Part shown: one piece after another, positions 1-13,442 of the stretch
Layout: each line of letters starts with the position of its first letter
Position numbering within the stretch: the first letter of the stretch is position 1
Assembly: GCA_018398765.1 (NCBI GenBank)
Contig: JAHBMJ010000165.1
Span: forward strand, 1-55,040
Direction: 5' to 3'
DNA length: 55,040 bases
Origin: Chromera velia
Lineage: Eukaryota
The notes under the pieces: model-generated
The model's input: the letters and a program-made list of their open reading frames with translations, nothing else
The model's database searches: none
Told to the model about the DNA's origin: nothing
Program-made: the position numbers and the translations under genes

Positions 1-549
1 TCAAATCTTACCTCAAATATCAAATATTTAAGGTTGAAGCTCAAATCAAATCAAATCAAATCAAATCAAATATAATCAAATCAAACATGGTCACTACTAG
101 CCTAGCACTTATCCAACTGGTGTAGTATATATGCTATCACGTATATACTAGCTAGTATATTAATACGTATACAATTTAAGGAGAAAACACGTGTATGCAA
201 AACTGGATGCAAAAAATAATGAGATCGCGATGGTGATCATGATGATAATGATGATTGAAATATTACATTTAGTATTATACATTCAATTAAATTTTTAGTA
301 AATGAATTTAATAATCTAGAATTCAATGCACTCGTCAATACAAGTATTCCATGAATTTGGATTCAAAGTTTTAGCAAATCAATCTAGAAATCAATTTAAA
401 CATTCCATGGATTATATATCAAAAGACGTACAGTCATTGACAATGACTCATTGTGAGTCAAACTAGGAGTCAAAATGGATTAAAAGATTTGGTACGTTAA
501 AAACAGGTCCCATGCTCGACCAGAAGAACGCATTGAGGAAGGAGGCACT

Positions 550-3500
550 TTACAACGCGCTTGAACTGCCTGTGAGTGCCACTTCTCCCTCTGGTGTTCC
601 TTCCCTGTTGCCTGTCTTCATGGAGCTGGCGACAGGCTTATGAGCAACGCTGAAATCTTTTCCAAATCTTGCGCGTAAGTCTAGCCAGGTGGACAGAGCA
701 AACGCAGTGGCAAAGCTCAAGCGTTCACTGTTGACGGAGAACCCACCCTTTCCTCCGGCATGGGGCGCCGCATCCGGCTCTGAGGACCCCCCGGCGCCCT
801 CACTCTGTCTGCCAGCGTGCAGTTGCAGCTGTGCGAGAGAAAATTTGGACTTCACCAGCTTCACCTCCTCGCTGTTCTTTGCTTCTGATGCTACAGGTTC
901 ACTCCCCCCCTCTCTCGATGCGTCACCCTCCATGGGACTGACCTCCCACGCTGCAAACTTCCTCCCTCTCAAGTCGCCGACGTCCTCAAGGGCCACTCGG
1001 AGGTCCTCTGTGTCAACCCACGCAGCCGCATCCACCTCCTCGGCCTGCAGAGCGAGACGCGGCTCTGCGTCTCCTGCTTGACGCGGCAGGCGCGCTCGGA
1101 AGAAGACCACCTGCATGCGTGCGGACAGGCAGAGATACAGCCAGGCTGGTGGTGAGGCAAGTCAGCCGCTCTGTCTGTCTGTTTGTTTGTCTGCCTCCCT
1201 GTCGTTGCAATCTGCCTGTCTGCTTGCATTTCTGTCTGTCTATCCGTCCGCATTTCTCTGTGCACCGTCATCAGAAGTGTTCCCTTTCTGTCTCCTCCTC
1301 TCCCTCCAACCGTTCACTTTGAGCGTCAAAAATCGGATCTATGCAAAGTCTGTGGGCTGCGTGTATGGTTTCTCTCCTTCAGATCATTCCGTGACGAGAC
1401 CAAACGAGTGATGGACTGACTGACTGAATGTATGTATCAAACACATGCTCACGGGTTGACTCTGTGACGAATGAGCAGACCGGCTGGCTCCCTATTGAAT
1501 GCATGGCTCCCTCCACCCACGCACCAGGTGGTGTCTGACAGGCAGCCCGACTTCTACTTGCACGGGAAATGCAGACTCCCAAAGGGCGAACGGCTGCAGA
1601 TCTGAGGGCTGCAGAGTGACACCAACTTCCTCTTGACATTCTCTGCAGGCAGGCGGGCAAGCAGGCAGCCACCTCAGTGTGCATGCAGGTTTAGCGGAGA
1701 GAAAATCAATCATGGGGGAGAGGACGGAGGGGGGCACTTTGCACTGTTGCAGGTGACGACAGGTCGAATAACGGGTGCCAGGGGAGGGGTCTCAGTGAGC
1801 TTCATCGGCCTTGCAGCGAAGTTTGTCTCTTTCTTCTCCTCACACCGAGAGGCATGGCGTGCGCCGTATACGGTAGCAGGTGGGGAACACTCAGGCCGTC
1901 TTGAACGGAAAGCATTGAGTGCACCATGATTTTTTCCACACACGCAAGAGACAGCAAGAAAGGGAGAGCCGCCTGAGAGAGCGCGCGCGCGAGAGAGAGA
2001 GACAGAGAGAGAAAGAAAAGACAGACAGACTTGAGCGACAGGGGAGGAAAATGACGCACACGCAGAAACACGCACACGCGCAGGCAGAGGGAGAGAGAGA
2101 GAGTGGAAGAGATCAGACGTGGCAAATGTCACACGGGGACACCAATAGAGGCAGTCACAGAGAGCGAGGTGACATAGTAGGATCGAACTCAGAGAGACGA
2201 ATAGACAGATAGAAGCGTTCAAAAACAGCGAGATAAAAGGGAAACAAATAGATGGGGTCATTGACCACGACCCGCTGGCGTTCCTCATTTCCCTTTTATT
2301 GATGTGAGGGATCGCCAGCAGAGAAGGACCGACTTTCATGGATCTCATTCTCAATCAACAAGGGGAGACAAAGAGTTTTCGATCGACTTATTTTCAATTG
2401 TCCCGCCTTGTTCACAACTCAAGATCATATCCTGCCGTGCAAAGCCCCATCTTCGAGTTCAACATCACTTCATCCGCAGCAAACGCTGAACGTCAGGTCA
2501 ACAAAAAAACAGAAATGATCGCACAACGGAAGCCGCACACTCACTTCCCGCAGCGAAAGAGAGGTAGGTCAGACGGTATCTAAAAACCTTATTCATTCCG
2601 TCAGCAGCTGCCAAGCAGCCTGCTCCATGCACCAAAAGCTTTCTGCTTAATTCGTCTGGCTGACCGAATGGCAGTCTGCACGACATCTGCGTCCACGTCT
2701 TCCTCGAAGGACCCCCCTGCACATACATACATGTACATTTAAAAAAAAACAGACGTGCAACAACATATATCTCTCACACGCAGACGCGAATGCAGGCGCA
2801 GAACCGTGTATGCTCGCTCACACGCATAAGTGCACCAAGACAGAAGAAAGAGAGGGGGGGATCAGGCGAAGGTGCGAACCCAGCCAAGAGATGGAAAAAG
2901 GGGGGGGGGGGGGCGGAATAGGATTTCCGAGCAGCAATGGGGGAGGAGGAGAATGCTAGCGAATTGGAGAACTTCAGGGAGCAGTGTGGACCTGTTGCAT
3001 GGAAAGTCACTGACAGACAATCCGACGGCTAGGAGACGAGGAGATGGAAAAAGAACATTCAACATAACACATAACATAAACTTAGGCGTCCTTTTTTTCA
3101 AAGGACATTTCCTTCTGCTGTGCATGTACCTGGAAGCACCCAGACATGCGGAAAGGTCCTCATGTGTTTGCTTCTTCGAGTGACGAGGGCGCTCTGCCCG
3201 TCTGCGCTTTCGATGAGGACAGAGACTGCGAGCATCACTTTCTGCCTCTTCAGGTCTTTCGGATCCGTCTCCCTCATGAGTTTCTCCCTCAGTACCGAAT
3301 CTTCATGCACCCTCTGGATCGGACAATTGAAGTAGTTTCCGAATGGCAAGTGACCAGCAAACGCTACTTGCGCAGTCGGCTCCACTTCCCCAAGCCGCCG
3401 TGCGAGGTGTCCGTCGTCAAACCCGTGAAAAACGTCTTCAATGAAAATCCCCCATTGGCCGTTTCTCTTTGCAATCTCCACTGCCGCCACTTTTTTGTTA

Positions 3501-3754
3501 AAGTCATCCTGGTTAATTGGTACGCCGAAGGAGCTCATGATACTCGTCGAGAATCCAGGCTCCACGAATTTTGCCTCCCCCTTAAACCATATATGAACGG
3601 ACATCTTCAGATCTCTTGTTTGGAGACGGGCGCGCTTTCGGAATTTGGCAAATGAGTGCGAGCTACTTGACAAGAACGGACTCCCACTGTGAAATGCCGA
3701 GGCCTGTAGGAGCAAACAAGCACTCAAGGCAATTGATGGTGCACGCAGGAACAT
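550..3754 (-). CDS. NUDT17: Nudix hydrolase, NUDT17-like, with predicted N-terminal signal + transit peptide; 4 exons (3130-3754, 2665-2716, 1525-1642, 550-1110)
   Basis: Phase-consistent GT-AG splicing gives LAVSVLIES..ALVTRRSKHMRTFPHVWVLPG|GSFEEDVDADVVQTAIR|ECQEEVGV..FALWESAFP..GLPVRHHL|VVFF. This contains the Nudix box RExxEExG plus the LWESxxP and HH-hydrophobic motifs I recognise from NUDT17. ATG at 3754, stop TAA at 550-552. Confidence 0.88.
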
Positions 3755-4366
3755 GCAGGGCACGGAGCAACAGTCATTGACTCGCTGGAGACAGCTTCCT
3801 TCCCGAGGAAGGTAAGTAAACTGCAACAACGGTCATCTAAAAGAACAGAAAGCCCCGGGCCTCCCTAGTAGAGCGCAAGAATCAGGGAAATTCACGATAC
3901 GAAAAAACCCATTGGACATGATTCGGTCTTCTTTCCGCCACGACAGGATGTAAATCTGATTCCAATGATTCGGGGGACTCATCGGCAAGATACCATGACA
4001 CGCGTTCACCCCATGCATTTCCGGCCGGCACGATTTTTGACGCCGGCCGGCATCCGACCGGCCGCCGAATTCATGCATTTCGCCCTGAGCCGAATAATCG
4101 GCTCTCCACCCCCGGTGGAACCATATCCGCACCGCGAGAATGAAGCTCCATGTGATCGACCTCCAAGAGGTTCCTTCACAATTTGTCCTCCACTGAGTAG
4201 CCAGCATTGTTGAAAGCGCAGTTCAGCCAGGTTGTTTTTCTCGGTGTGACCCCCTTTTGCAGAGGAGAGTACTTTTGCACTCTGCAGAGAACTACGCAAC
4301 CTCCTTATCTTTCTCTTCCGTCTCGATCCTTCTGAGTAACGTCCTTCCGTTTCTCAAAGTGTGAAG
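3755..4366. promoter_or_regulatory. Probable bidirectional promoter/5'UTR region between the divergent Nudix and DUS2 genes
   Basis: Head-to-head start codons ~610 bp apart. No specific element identified. Confidence 0.45.
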
Positions 4367-7300
4367 ATGGATTACCATCATGAGGCACTCGACTATCGAA
4401 ACAAGTACATCCTTGCTCCAATGGTTCGCATCGGAGTTCTTCCTTTCCGCTTGGAATGTCTCAAGTACGGTGCCGACCTCGTTTACTCAGAGGAAATCAT
4501 TGACAGGCGTATTTCAGAGACTGTGCGACGTGAGAATTCTGACTTTCCGGGACTGATTGAGTATATTCATGTGAAGGACAAGGCACTAACCTGGTCAACC
4601 TGTGAGGCAGAGAAAGGGAAAGTCGTGCTTCAGTTGGGCACGGCCTCAGCGGTGGGGGCGCTGAAAGCAGCGATGACCGTTGCAAGGGACGTTGCCGCGA
4701 TTGACATCAACATGGGATGTCCCAAAGGATTCTCGACGAACGCGGGAATGGGGGCAGCGCTTTTGAAGACTCCCGAAATCTCGAGTGATATTTTGAAGAC
4801 GTTGAGACGGAACCTTCCGTGCCCAGTGACATGCAAGATTCGGCTTCTTGAGCCGGATCTCCCTTTCGAAAAGACACGCGATTACCTCCGAATGTGCGAA
4901 CAAAGCGGAGCAGTGGCTATCGGTGTGCACGCCCGGCTGAAGGAAGATCGGCCTCGTGTGCGTGCCCGTTGGCCTGTCTGGGCCCTTCTGAAGGATTCCA
5001 TTTCCGTTCCGTTGATAGCGAACGGAGACTTCTTCTCTTCCTCAGATGTCGGAGCTTTCCTCTCTTGTCATGCCGGCTCTGTGGACTCGATCATGGTAGC
5101 TCGAGGTGCGATGTGGGATCCGTCGGTGTTTTGGAAGATGAAGAGGGACCACCCACTGACGCCGGGGGGGGGACCGCCTGTGGGTCCTGTGAGGACAGAG
5201 CCGTCTAGGACGGATGTGTGGGGGGATGTAGTGAGAAGGTGAGTCATTTTCTTAAAGAAGAAAAGTCAGAACGTGCAATCCTTTCAGGAAGTTCAGAGAA
5301 TCAGAAGGGAGCCTCCTCCCTCCCTCCCTGTAATCCCAGAATGCCTGGCAGTCGGGGAAAGAAGTGAGTCAGAGTAGAACAGAGGCGATGCTGTTTGTTT
5401 CTTCGGCCGCTTCCCCCCGTGTCTCTTCCTTTCCTCCCTCGTCTATCTCTCATCATGTTCATACATATTCATGCGTATCTGTATTTGCGTATGCCAATCA
5501 CTGTAAACGATTTATTTCTTAATGCACGTATGATTTGGGAGTGACCGATCAAATGTTTTCTTTCAGGCACGTGACGCGATGACTGAATGGAACTTTTTGA
5601 GGCCGTTTGTTTAGTAAGAAAGTCAACCAGTATCTTATATGCCCTTGGGCAGAACGATGTGAACGAACGAGAAAGAAGCACCGCACCCCTGGTAGACTTT
5701 CTAAGGACCTGCATTACTTGCTGCATGAAATACTCTCTCTACTTCTCTTGAAAGAATTCTTTGTGCATGAAGAAGATCTGTCGTTGAAATAAATATCGAC
5801 TCCCATGCCGTCCTCGGTTGTGGAGGGACGAAAGGCTTTCAATCCCGCAGAAAGCTTTGGATCCATCCGGCAGGACAGGGTCATCTCGTTTCCGTTCTGT
5901 TCCTGCAGCAGTAAAGCAACGGGGGTGCTTCAGAACACGAAGGGAATTTTCACTTCAAATTAATCTGAAAATGGTCTTCTTGCTCGCAGGTGCGTGGAGT
6001 GTAACAATCCTTTCCAGGCCACAAAGTTCACGATGCAAAAGATGACGGAAGAGGCCGGGATGACTCAGGAGTTCAAAGAGAGACTCACACAGACACGGAA
6101 CACTGAGGATATCTGCGACATTTTTGAAGTCAGTCAGGGGGGGGGGGGCGGGTCTCTCGACCTACTTTTTGGTTGCCGTGCGCGCATGGGATTTTGGATG
6201 GAGCTTTGTGCAACATGCATCGATGGATGGTCTCTTCCTTCCTTCCTCGATGTGTGGAGACTTTGTGTGGATTTAATTTTGTTGCCGCATGTCACTCTTT
6301 CTTCGCTTCTTTTTTCCTTTTTATCTGTGCTTCTGCCTGCCCACCTGTCTGCCCCCTGTCGGCAGTCAGTCACACAGTCTGTCTGTCTGCCTGTCTGTCT
6401 GTCTGCCTGTCTGTCTGTCTGCCTGCCTGCCTGCCTGCCTGCCCGCCTGTCTGTCTGTCTGTCTGTCTGGGCAGTGAAGGGCCGCAGGGTACGACTTAAG
6501 GCCTGGAGCTCTGGTACCCTTCCACTGAGAGCGCGCCAAAAGAAGAGAAGAAAACAGAAGAGAATGAAAGGAAGGCTCTGTCTGTCCATCTGTGTCTGTC
6601 TGTCTGTGTCTGCTTGTTCGTGTGTCTGTCTGTCTGTCTGTCTGTCTGCCTGCCTGTCTGTCCGAAAGAAAGGAAGCGTTTCGGACAAAGTGAAGTGAAG
6701 AAAAGACGATATTGTCTGTCTGTCTGGATGGATGGATGGATGGATGGATGGGTGGCTGTTTTTTTTGTTGGGCCTTGATTTGTTGCTCTTTGTCTTTTAG
6801 TCTCGACCTACCTTCTTCTCTGTCGTCCTCTGTACTTGTCGTCTCCCTCGCTGTTTCCTTCTGCATCTCTTTCTGACTGAGTCTGATCCAAATGATCTCA
6901 ATCGCGGCCTCTCGCTCCGCTTTGATGAAAAGAGAAACGCAGAGCTGAGTACTCGTGCGCGCAGGCTGCATGCCTCTTTCCTAAATCATTTTCGGTGTGG
7001 TTGGGTGGGGAAGCGGCGTTTGAGAGCGGACAAGCGCTTTTCATTTCATATCGATACAAAAAAAGAACCCCTTCCTCCCTTTCTACGCGGATATGATGCG
7101 TGCAGGTGGGAGACTGGTATCGCGGGGCCCGACGAGAGCAGACAGTCCCCTTCCCCCCCCATGCGCATACTCTAAACTACTACAAGAAGCTGCAGGATGA
7201 TTGGCCTGGCCTGGTTCGTCGGCAAATGGAGGAGCGGGAAGCTCTCCTGGAAGAAACCGAAAAGGGGAGAGAGGAAAATCCTGCAAGGGGGGATGACGTA

Positions 7301-7642
7301 AGGGAGGGGGGGCAGAAGAGAAGAGGAGGGTTTACAGACGAGGAAGAGAAGAAAGAGGCAGATTCACTGTTTGCTGCTCAGAAAACGGCTGAGTGTTCCT
7401 CTATGAAGGACGTCTGTCCTCATCAAGGAGAGGCTCCGAATCCTGTTCCTGTCGCTTCCTCTTCGTCTTCCGGTTCGTTCTCCTCGACAGGCTCTGATTC
7501 GTCTCCCCCAGTGGTGAGAAAACGTCCAAAGATCAATAGCTCACAGGAGGAGGATCAAGGAGACGGGGAAGCGGGAAAGCAAGTCGCACAGTTTACTGAG
7601 GATGGAATGGAAGACGAGAAAGCCGAGGGCAAGGCCAGGTAA
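4367..7642 (+). CDS. DUS2: tRNA-dihydrouridine(20) synthase, DUS2-like; 3 exons (4367-5238, 5990-6128, 7106-7642)
   Basis: Motifs ILAPMVRIGVLPFRL, YGADLVYSEEIID, LQLGT, DINMGCPKGFS (catalytic Cys), TCKIR, GVHAR, IANGD, MVARGAMWDPSVF. Splicing yields DVVR|RCVECNNPFQATKFTMQKM, a DUS2-type helical domain, followed by a low-complexity tail. Confidence 0.93.
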
Positions 7643-8940
7643 ATCTGATCACAGACATCACGGTACAAGTTGATTGCAGAAGCCTCGGCCTGGCCTAGGC
7701 AGATTTCTCCGAGTCCCCGACGGCTAGCCCGACGGTTCCAGGGCTGGAATCCAGGCCCTAGTTCAATGGCTAGCCATCTTTCGGTAGTGCTGAACACAAG
7801 TATATATGCTTGGAATTAAACATTTAGTTCAGAGGAAATTGTTGAGCTTTTTTTTTTCAGTACATCTTAGAGTGCATAGGTTTCGATGATGTTCGATCAG
7901 ATAACTATGAAACACACTAACTATCACGACCTAGTAATTTTAGTTTAAATATTACGGTTGAATACATATTTTACTAAAATTTGATAATTAATTCATATCT
8001 ATATAGGTTTTTTTTTCTTAATTTGTTTGAACTTTGAAGTCACTGAATTTAATTGAAAAAAATAAATGCACGCATTTATATACGCATTTAATTTAATAAT
8101 TAGTATTATATAGATCAATGGTTTTCATTGTTAGTAACTGACATGCAGCTAAAGAAAAGGGCAGACTATCTTTTTTTGACTGACTGTTATGTGAATCAGC
8201 CTTCAATCAGGCTTGTGCAGGTATGTTTCTTACCGTGTGAAACGAACGGTTACGAACCTTCGCAGCTCTTTGCTCACAGTTTTCATGATTTTATCCATCG
8301 GGTGTATTAATAAAATAGGTGCATCAGCTAGTGCATCAGATGCATCTGGTACAAAAAAGGTATAAGTTACCGTACAACTGTTACAACTTGTTGGCTAGCT
8401 TGTCTGAGCTTTGTCGGATCCTTGTCGGTTTGCACATTTTCTGACATACATCGTTTCAAAACCTTATAATAAAAACTTATTAAGTTATATAATGCTGCAG
8501 GTAGCTTTCAGACTTTCAAGTTTCAAATTTTTAAAAAAAAAAAAATGTTTAGTGGGATATGTTCTAAGATTTCGCTCAGACTTCTCTTTACTTTATTGTT
8601 GAAGACTTTGGCTAGGGTTCGGACCTGGGTTTCAGTGCTAAGTAAAAATGGCGGCCCATCGTTTAAAAAAAAATCAGACTCAAAGCAAAAATTTTAGCTT
8701 AAAACATAGTTACGAGTCAGAAGCTTCAAGTTGCATTTAAAACGAGTCTGTAACCAGGTCTGTAAAGCTTATTTGGGGTCCACACATGCAGTCTGATTTT
8801 ATCTAACTGCATCCAACTCATAAAATGGCGGATTCAATCGAATCCCCCCCCAGCGACTAAGTTTAAAAATCAGCAACACCCTTATTGACCAAATCGGGTT
8901 GACCAAGGGTTGGGCTGATATTGCCCGTGTGTTCTGTCGA

Positions 8941-9358
8941 ACAACAACAGGTCGATTGGGAGCCAAGGGGCGTTAGGTTGTTCTTCAAAATCAAATCACT
9001 CGCAGGTGAAAGAGGAGATATTTCTCCAACGTCCTGCTCCTCCTCTTCCTCCTCAGAGTCTTTCTCTGACTCCAACTCTAACTCTTTGTTCCCCTTTCTC
9101 CCATACTTCGACGAATTTCGTGACGAAGCGACAGCGGACGCGGCACAACGACAGGTCGATTGGGAGCCAAGGGGCGTTAGGTTGTTCTTCAAAATCAAAT
9201 CACTATCGTCTCTTCGCAGGTGAAAGAGGAGATATTTCTCCAACGTCCTGCTCCTCCTCTTCCTCCTCAGAGTCTTTCTCTGACTCCAACTCTAACTCTT
9301 TGTTCCCCTTTCTCCCATACTTCGACGAATTTCGTGACGAAGCGACAGCGGACGCGGC
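8941..9358. repeat. Tandem duplication (204 + 214 bp) spanning the stop codon of the large gene
   Basis: 8941-9144 and 9145-9358 are near-identical. The 8941 copy lacks the 10 nt ATCGTCTCTT present at 9205-9214. Confidence 0.95.
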
Positions 9359-12300
9359 CTGCTTGTCACCCTGTGTCCCTTTTACCCGCCCCCCTCGGGT
9401 GTCACTTGGGTTTTGCCTTTCAAGGCCTTCTCTGCGACCTCTAAAGGACGACAAGGGAATTGGTGACAGCGTGCTACGGTGAGAGTCTGAACCCGCTTCA
9501 GCGTCCCCCTTCCGGTGTGTAGCAGCCTGAGCCTTCGAGTCGAAGCTCAGTGCTCCTTGCACTTGTGCCACTGCAGCAGCCGCCGCGGCCGCCATTGACG
9601 CCAGCCCTCCGGGTTTCTGTGACTGTCTCGACTGGGAGGTCAATTGTCGCGGACGTCCTGGCTGAATAGAAGCGGACAGGGGGCGACGTACAGCTTGAAA
9701 ACGAGCCGAAGTCTTACTGGGCGAAAGGGGCGAGTGCTCATCTGCGTCTTCCTCCTCTTCGCTCTCTTCATCAGGGTAATGGGTTTGTGGGATTCGGGAA
9801 GTGATATCCTCTTGTCTGGCGTTTCTGGCTCGATCTTTCTCAAGATCCTTGACAAGACAATTCAGAGAGAGTATTGCAGGTGCAGCGCTCTCACTTGCAC
9901 CTGTACTCAGCCTATCTTCCCCCCGGTCCGGGGCCCGGCTTATCCCTTCAGTCAGACTGTGCAACTGTGCCATCGCGCTGCCCCCCACTCCCTTTTTGTC
10001 TCCACCCGGCAGGTGTCCCGGGGCACTTCTCATCCGCACGATCGTTCGCTTTGCTTCTCGCTGCGGTTGGAGGCCATGCAGGCTTCTGCTGCTGTGTCCG
10101 GTGACGACTTTTTTGGAGATCTTCCCACGACACACAGGCGCCTCTACAAGCGGCGATCCTCTAGCGAGAGGCAGCCACAACGAGACGCAGGGCAGCTGAC
10201 TGGGTGACTTTTCTTTTTCGGATCCCTGCCAAGGTCCCAACTGCAGAGTCGCAAGGTGCTCTGAGTCAGGTTCAGACTCAGACTCTAAGTCTTCCCCCAG
10301 ATCATCTCTGTCTGCGTCTCTCTGTCTCTCTTTTTCCCTCTGTGTCCGGACAACCAAAGACTCCCCGTGAGCAGCAAGGGAAACATTCAGACTAGAGGAG
10401 GCAGAGGCAACCGACTCGTACCTGTTACCAAATTGGTCAGCAAGAGGAAGGAGGACGAGGGCCCACTCATAATCAGTTTCGGGGTCTGCCCACATACGGG
10501 GCGGCAACTTTTTCTTTGCGCTTTGGCCACTGGCTGTCTCTTTCGACGCCTCGAGAGTCGTCGCCATTGTCTCGCGCCATCGGACAGAATGCTTTCGCTC
10601 TGAAGAATTTTTTCGAAGGGAGGTGGATGTCTGCCGTAGCGCGACGGGACTGTACACTTGTTGCTCGTCTTCTTCGCCTTCCTCTTCGTCTTCCTGTTGA
10701 CCTTGACCTTTACTCCCCCCTGCTTCTGTCTGCATACCGGCTCCTTCGGAGGTTTTGGAGCGGAATTTCAAGGAAGGGCGGTACAAGACCCTGGGTTGTA
10801 ATTGGAACTTTTCCATTCCCTGGGTTCCAACCACGATTCTGTAGAGCTCATCAAGCTCTTTTTCCTGTTGCTGGCCGTCTTGTCTTTCGGTCGAGCTGGC
10901 TGTCCCTTCTTTTTTTTTAAGGGTACGTTTGGGGCTTTCTGGTGAAAGAAGCATCAGCCTCTTCCCAGGCGAGACTGGGAGCTCGGCGTGGCTGCTGATG
11001 TGAAGAATGTGGGAGGCAAAGTGGGTCAGAAAGGGTTTCCTCTCCTTGCTCGAGCGGGACACGAGGAAGGCCAGGTAGTGCTGCATACAGGTGAAGTAAG
11101 AATGCAGAAAGAAAATAGATTTTAAAAAGACAGCCGGCTACCGTTTTTCAATCTCTATAGCCTGGTGTCGTCTTCATCGCATGGGTTGCCGAGAGAAAAT
11201 CAAGTACGGAAGGAACGAGGTGAGCACTCGTCTCTTTTCTGTTCGAAGCAAGTCAACCAAAAAAGGGAAATCAGCTGACGGGTGAGAAGAAGCAAAAGGA
11301 AGAATCTACGTAAAGGGCCAATAGCTTGTGTGCCTTAAATCACTCAAGAATCGTCGAGAACGAGCAGCAGCAAAGCTGTTTGCATCTCGACTTCTATGTA
11401 GTTGTCGATACAAATCTGGCACGGATGAGATGGGCAACTCACTTAAGTATGCTCCTCAATTCTTCCGGCCTGCTTGCACATTCAGAAAAGAAGATGCAGC
11501 TAGAGAACAGGAAAGCAACCAAACCGACCCAAAGAGCTGTAGCGTCGTGGAATTTCAGAGTGTGCCGAAGCATCGCGAGGAGCTCATCGAATGTGAAGTC
11601 AGTCTGAGCCAGCTCTTCTTCCTTGCCAAAGAAATGGGATCCTGCGATGCTCATGATGTCAAGCGTGACGGGAAATCCGGATCTACAAAGAGCCGGTGCC
11701 GGCGGAATCGGCAAGAAAGCGTACGGATCACGCTGGTTGCCTTTGATTTCTCCACTTGCTTTTGATTCTTTCTGAAACCGAAGGGACCACTTCAAGGAAG
11801 CTCGCCGGAAGGAGCTGGACAAGCCCTTGAGGGGGGACAGGGGAATAAGCCGGTGGCTTGATCTCTTACGGCAACACGTACACCACCATCCCTGTTGTTC
11901 GTGATCCGGCTGTGGCGGGGCGGACGTTGTGTGGGTTGAAGTATCGGGGAAGGAAGCCCGTGCATTCTGTTTGGGAGAAGAGGTCGGATGGGGAGGGGAG
12001 ATAAGCTCGCCGCTGCGAGATGCGTGCTGCATGAGAGGACTCAGGGTGCGCGCACAGGTCGTATGCGTCCCCTTCCGACTGCCGTGGCGACGCCTTTCGG
12101 CAGTCATGTTAGGGGGAGGGGGGGAGGGCGGGGGGGAGTGCCAAAAAAAAGGAGCTTCACCTGTGGAGGGTTTCGCAACGAGGCTTCCTCTCTCGAGACG
12201 GGAAAAGTGGAGATTGAGGGGGGTTGTCTCTTCCCCGTGGGTCTCTTCCTCTCTCAACCCGTCTTTGTTCCGGCCCTGCACATGGCTGTCTTCCGCTTCT

Positions 12301-13290
12301 CTCATTTTGATAAACGCTTCTGCCTCCCTTGCATCGTCTCCCTCCTTCTCTAATTGGCTTACTTGACGAAACATCTGAGCAGCAGCGTCACTTAATTTTT
12401 GATCCATCGGAAAATCGGAAACTTCGGAGCTCTGAGGCGAGAGGGTGCTATTTTCTCGTCTTTGAAATAGACGCGTTTCTCTCTCGAGAGGAATCCACCA
12501 CACATCAGCTCTTTGGATCATCGCGTTCAACGCATATCGCCTCTGTGCTCCCTCTCGAAGAGGTTGACGGTGAGCCTCTGTTTCTGCTCTTTTTCCCGTT
12601 CCACTGACCCGACTCACACCTCCCTTTTCCCCCTGACTCCCACTCTGTTTCTCTTTCTCTTTCTGTGTTTGGATCTCCCCGTCCACCCCTCTTCTATTCT
12701 GTCGAAGTTCAAACGGATGTCTCACAGCGGGTCGCAAAAGTTTTTGGGTCGTGTAGAAGATCTCGTCAAGGTCCACTGCCTCGTCTGCGCTCTGTTGCAG
12801 GGCAGAGTCAAAGGCCAAAGATCCAGAGAAACCGGTTTCCGAGGAACCTCCAAGAGAACGCCGCAGCACCCAGACCCAACGGAGACAGAATTCGTCAAAG
12901 TGGGGAAGACGGGGGATCCGGGTCCCGGATTCGGTCAGCACGCAGGCAGACTTCGGCATTGAGGCTACGCTGATTGTACTCGCTTCATTACCCCATCCTT
13001 CCAGTTTGACTAATTCTCTCTTCCGACTTTTCCTCTCTCTCTCATCAATGTAGCAGGAGAGGAACCTTTGATGAAGGCTCTCGATGAGAGCCGCCAGGGG
13101 GGAGATACAGTGTATCACCTCTGACGCAGGGAGGCGCTTTTCAATACGGTTCAGTGCACCGCTGGCAGTCACGTGCATCAATGCGCCTCCTTCTCTGTCT
13201 GGCTTGCTTTGGCACACGTCAGCATGAGCAAGGGTTCCTTTCATGTCGGCAAACCTGTTTGTGAATTCATTTGGAAATACCACATTTAAC

Positions 13291-13356
<66 letters not shown>

Positions 13357-13401
13357 CAGAGCCAGAGGGAGGGAGAGAGAGAGAGAGGGAGAGAAAGAGA
13401 G

Positions 13402-13442
<41 letters not shown>

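Noticed and set aside
1..540. (TCAAA)n run and the TGACTCATTGTGAGTCA palindrome in AT-rich DNA
   Set aside because: Short and low-complexity; no element boundaries or function can be supported.
6129..6971. Long ORFs rich in CLSV/TDRQ/ERER/VCVC (also 13243-14379, 17078-17575, 21307-21830, 27246-28128, 30217-31337, 33631-34233, 51464-52150, 54707-55040)
   Set aside because: Translations of intronic or intergenic microsatellites that lack stop codons.
9644..12973. Plus-strand ORFs of 100-190 aa
   Set aside because: Antisense shadows of the GC-rich terminal exons of the minus-strand gene, with no recognisable motifs.
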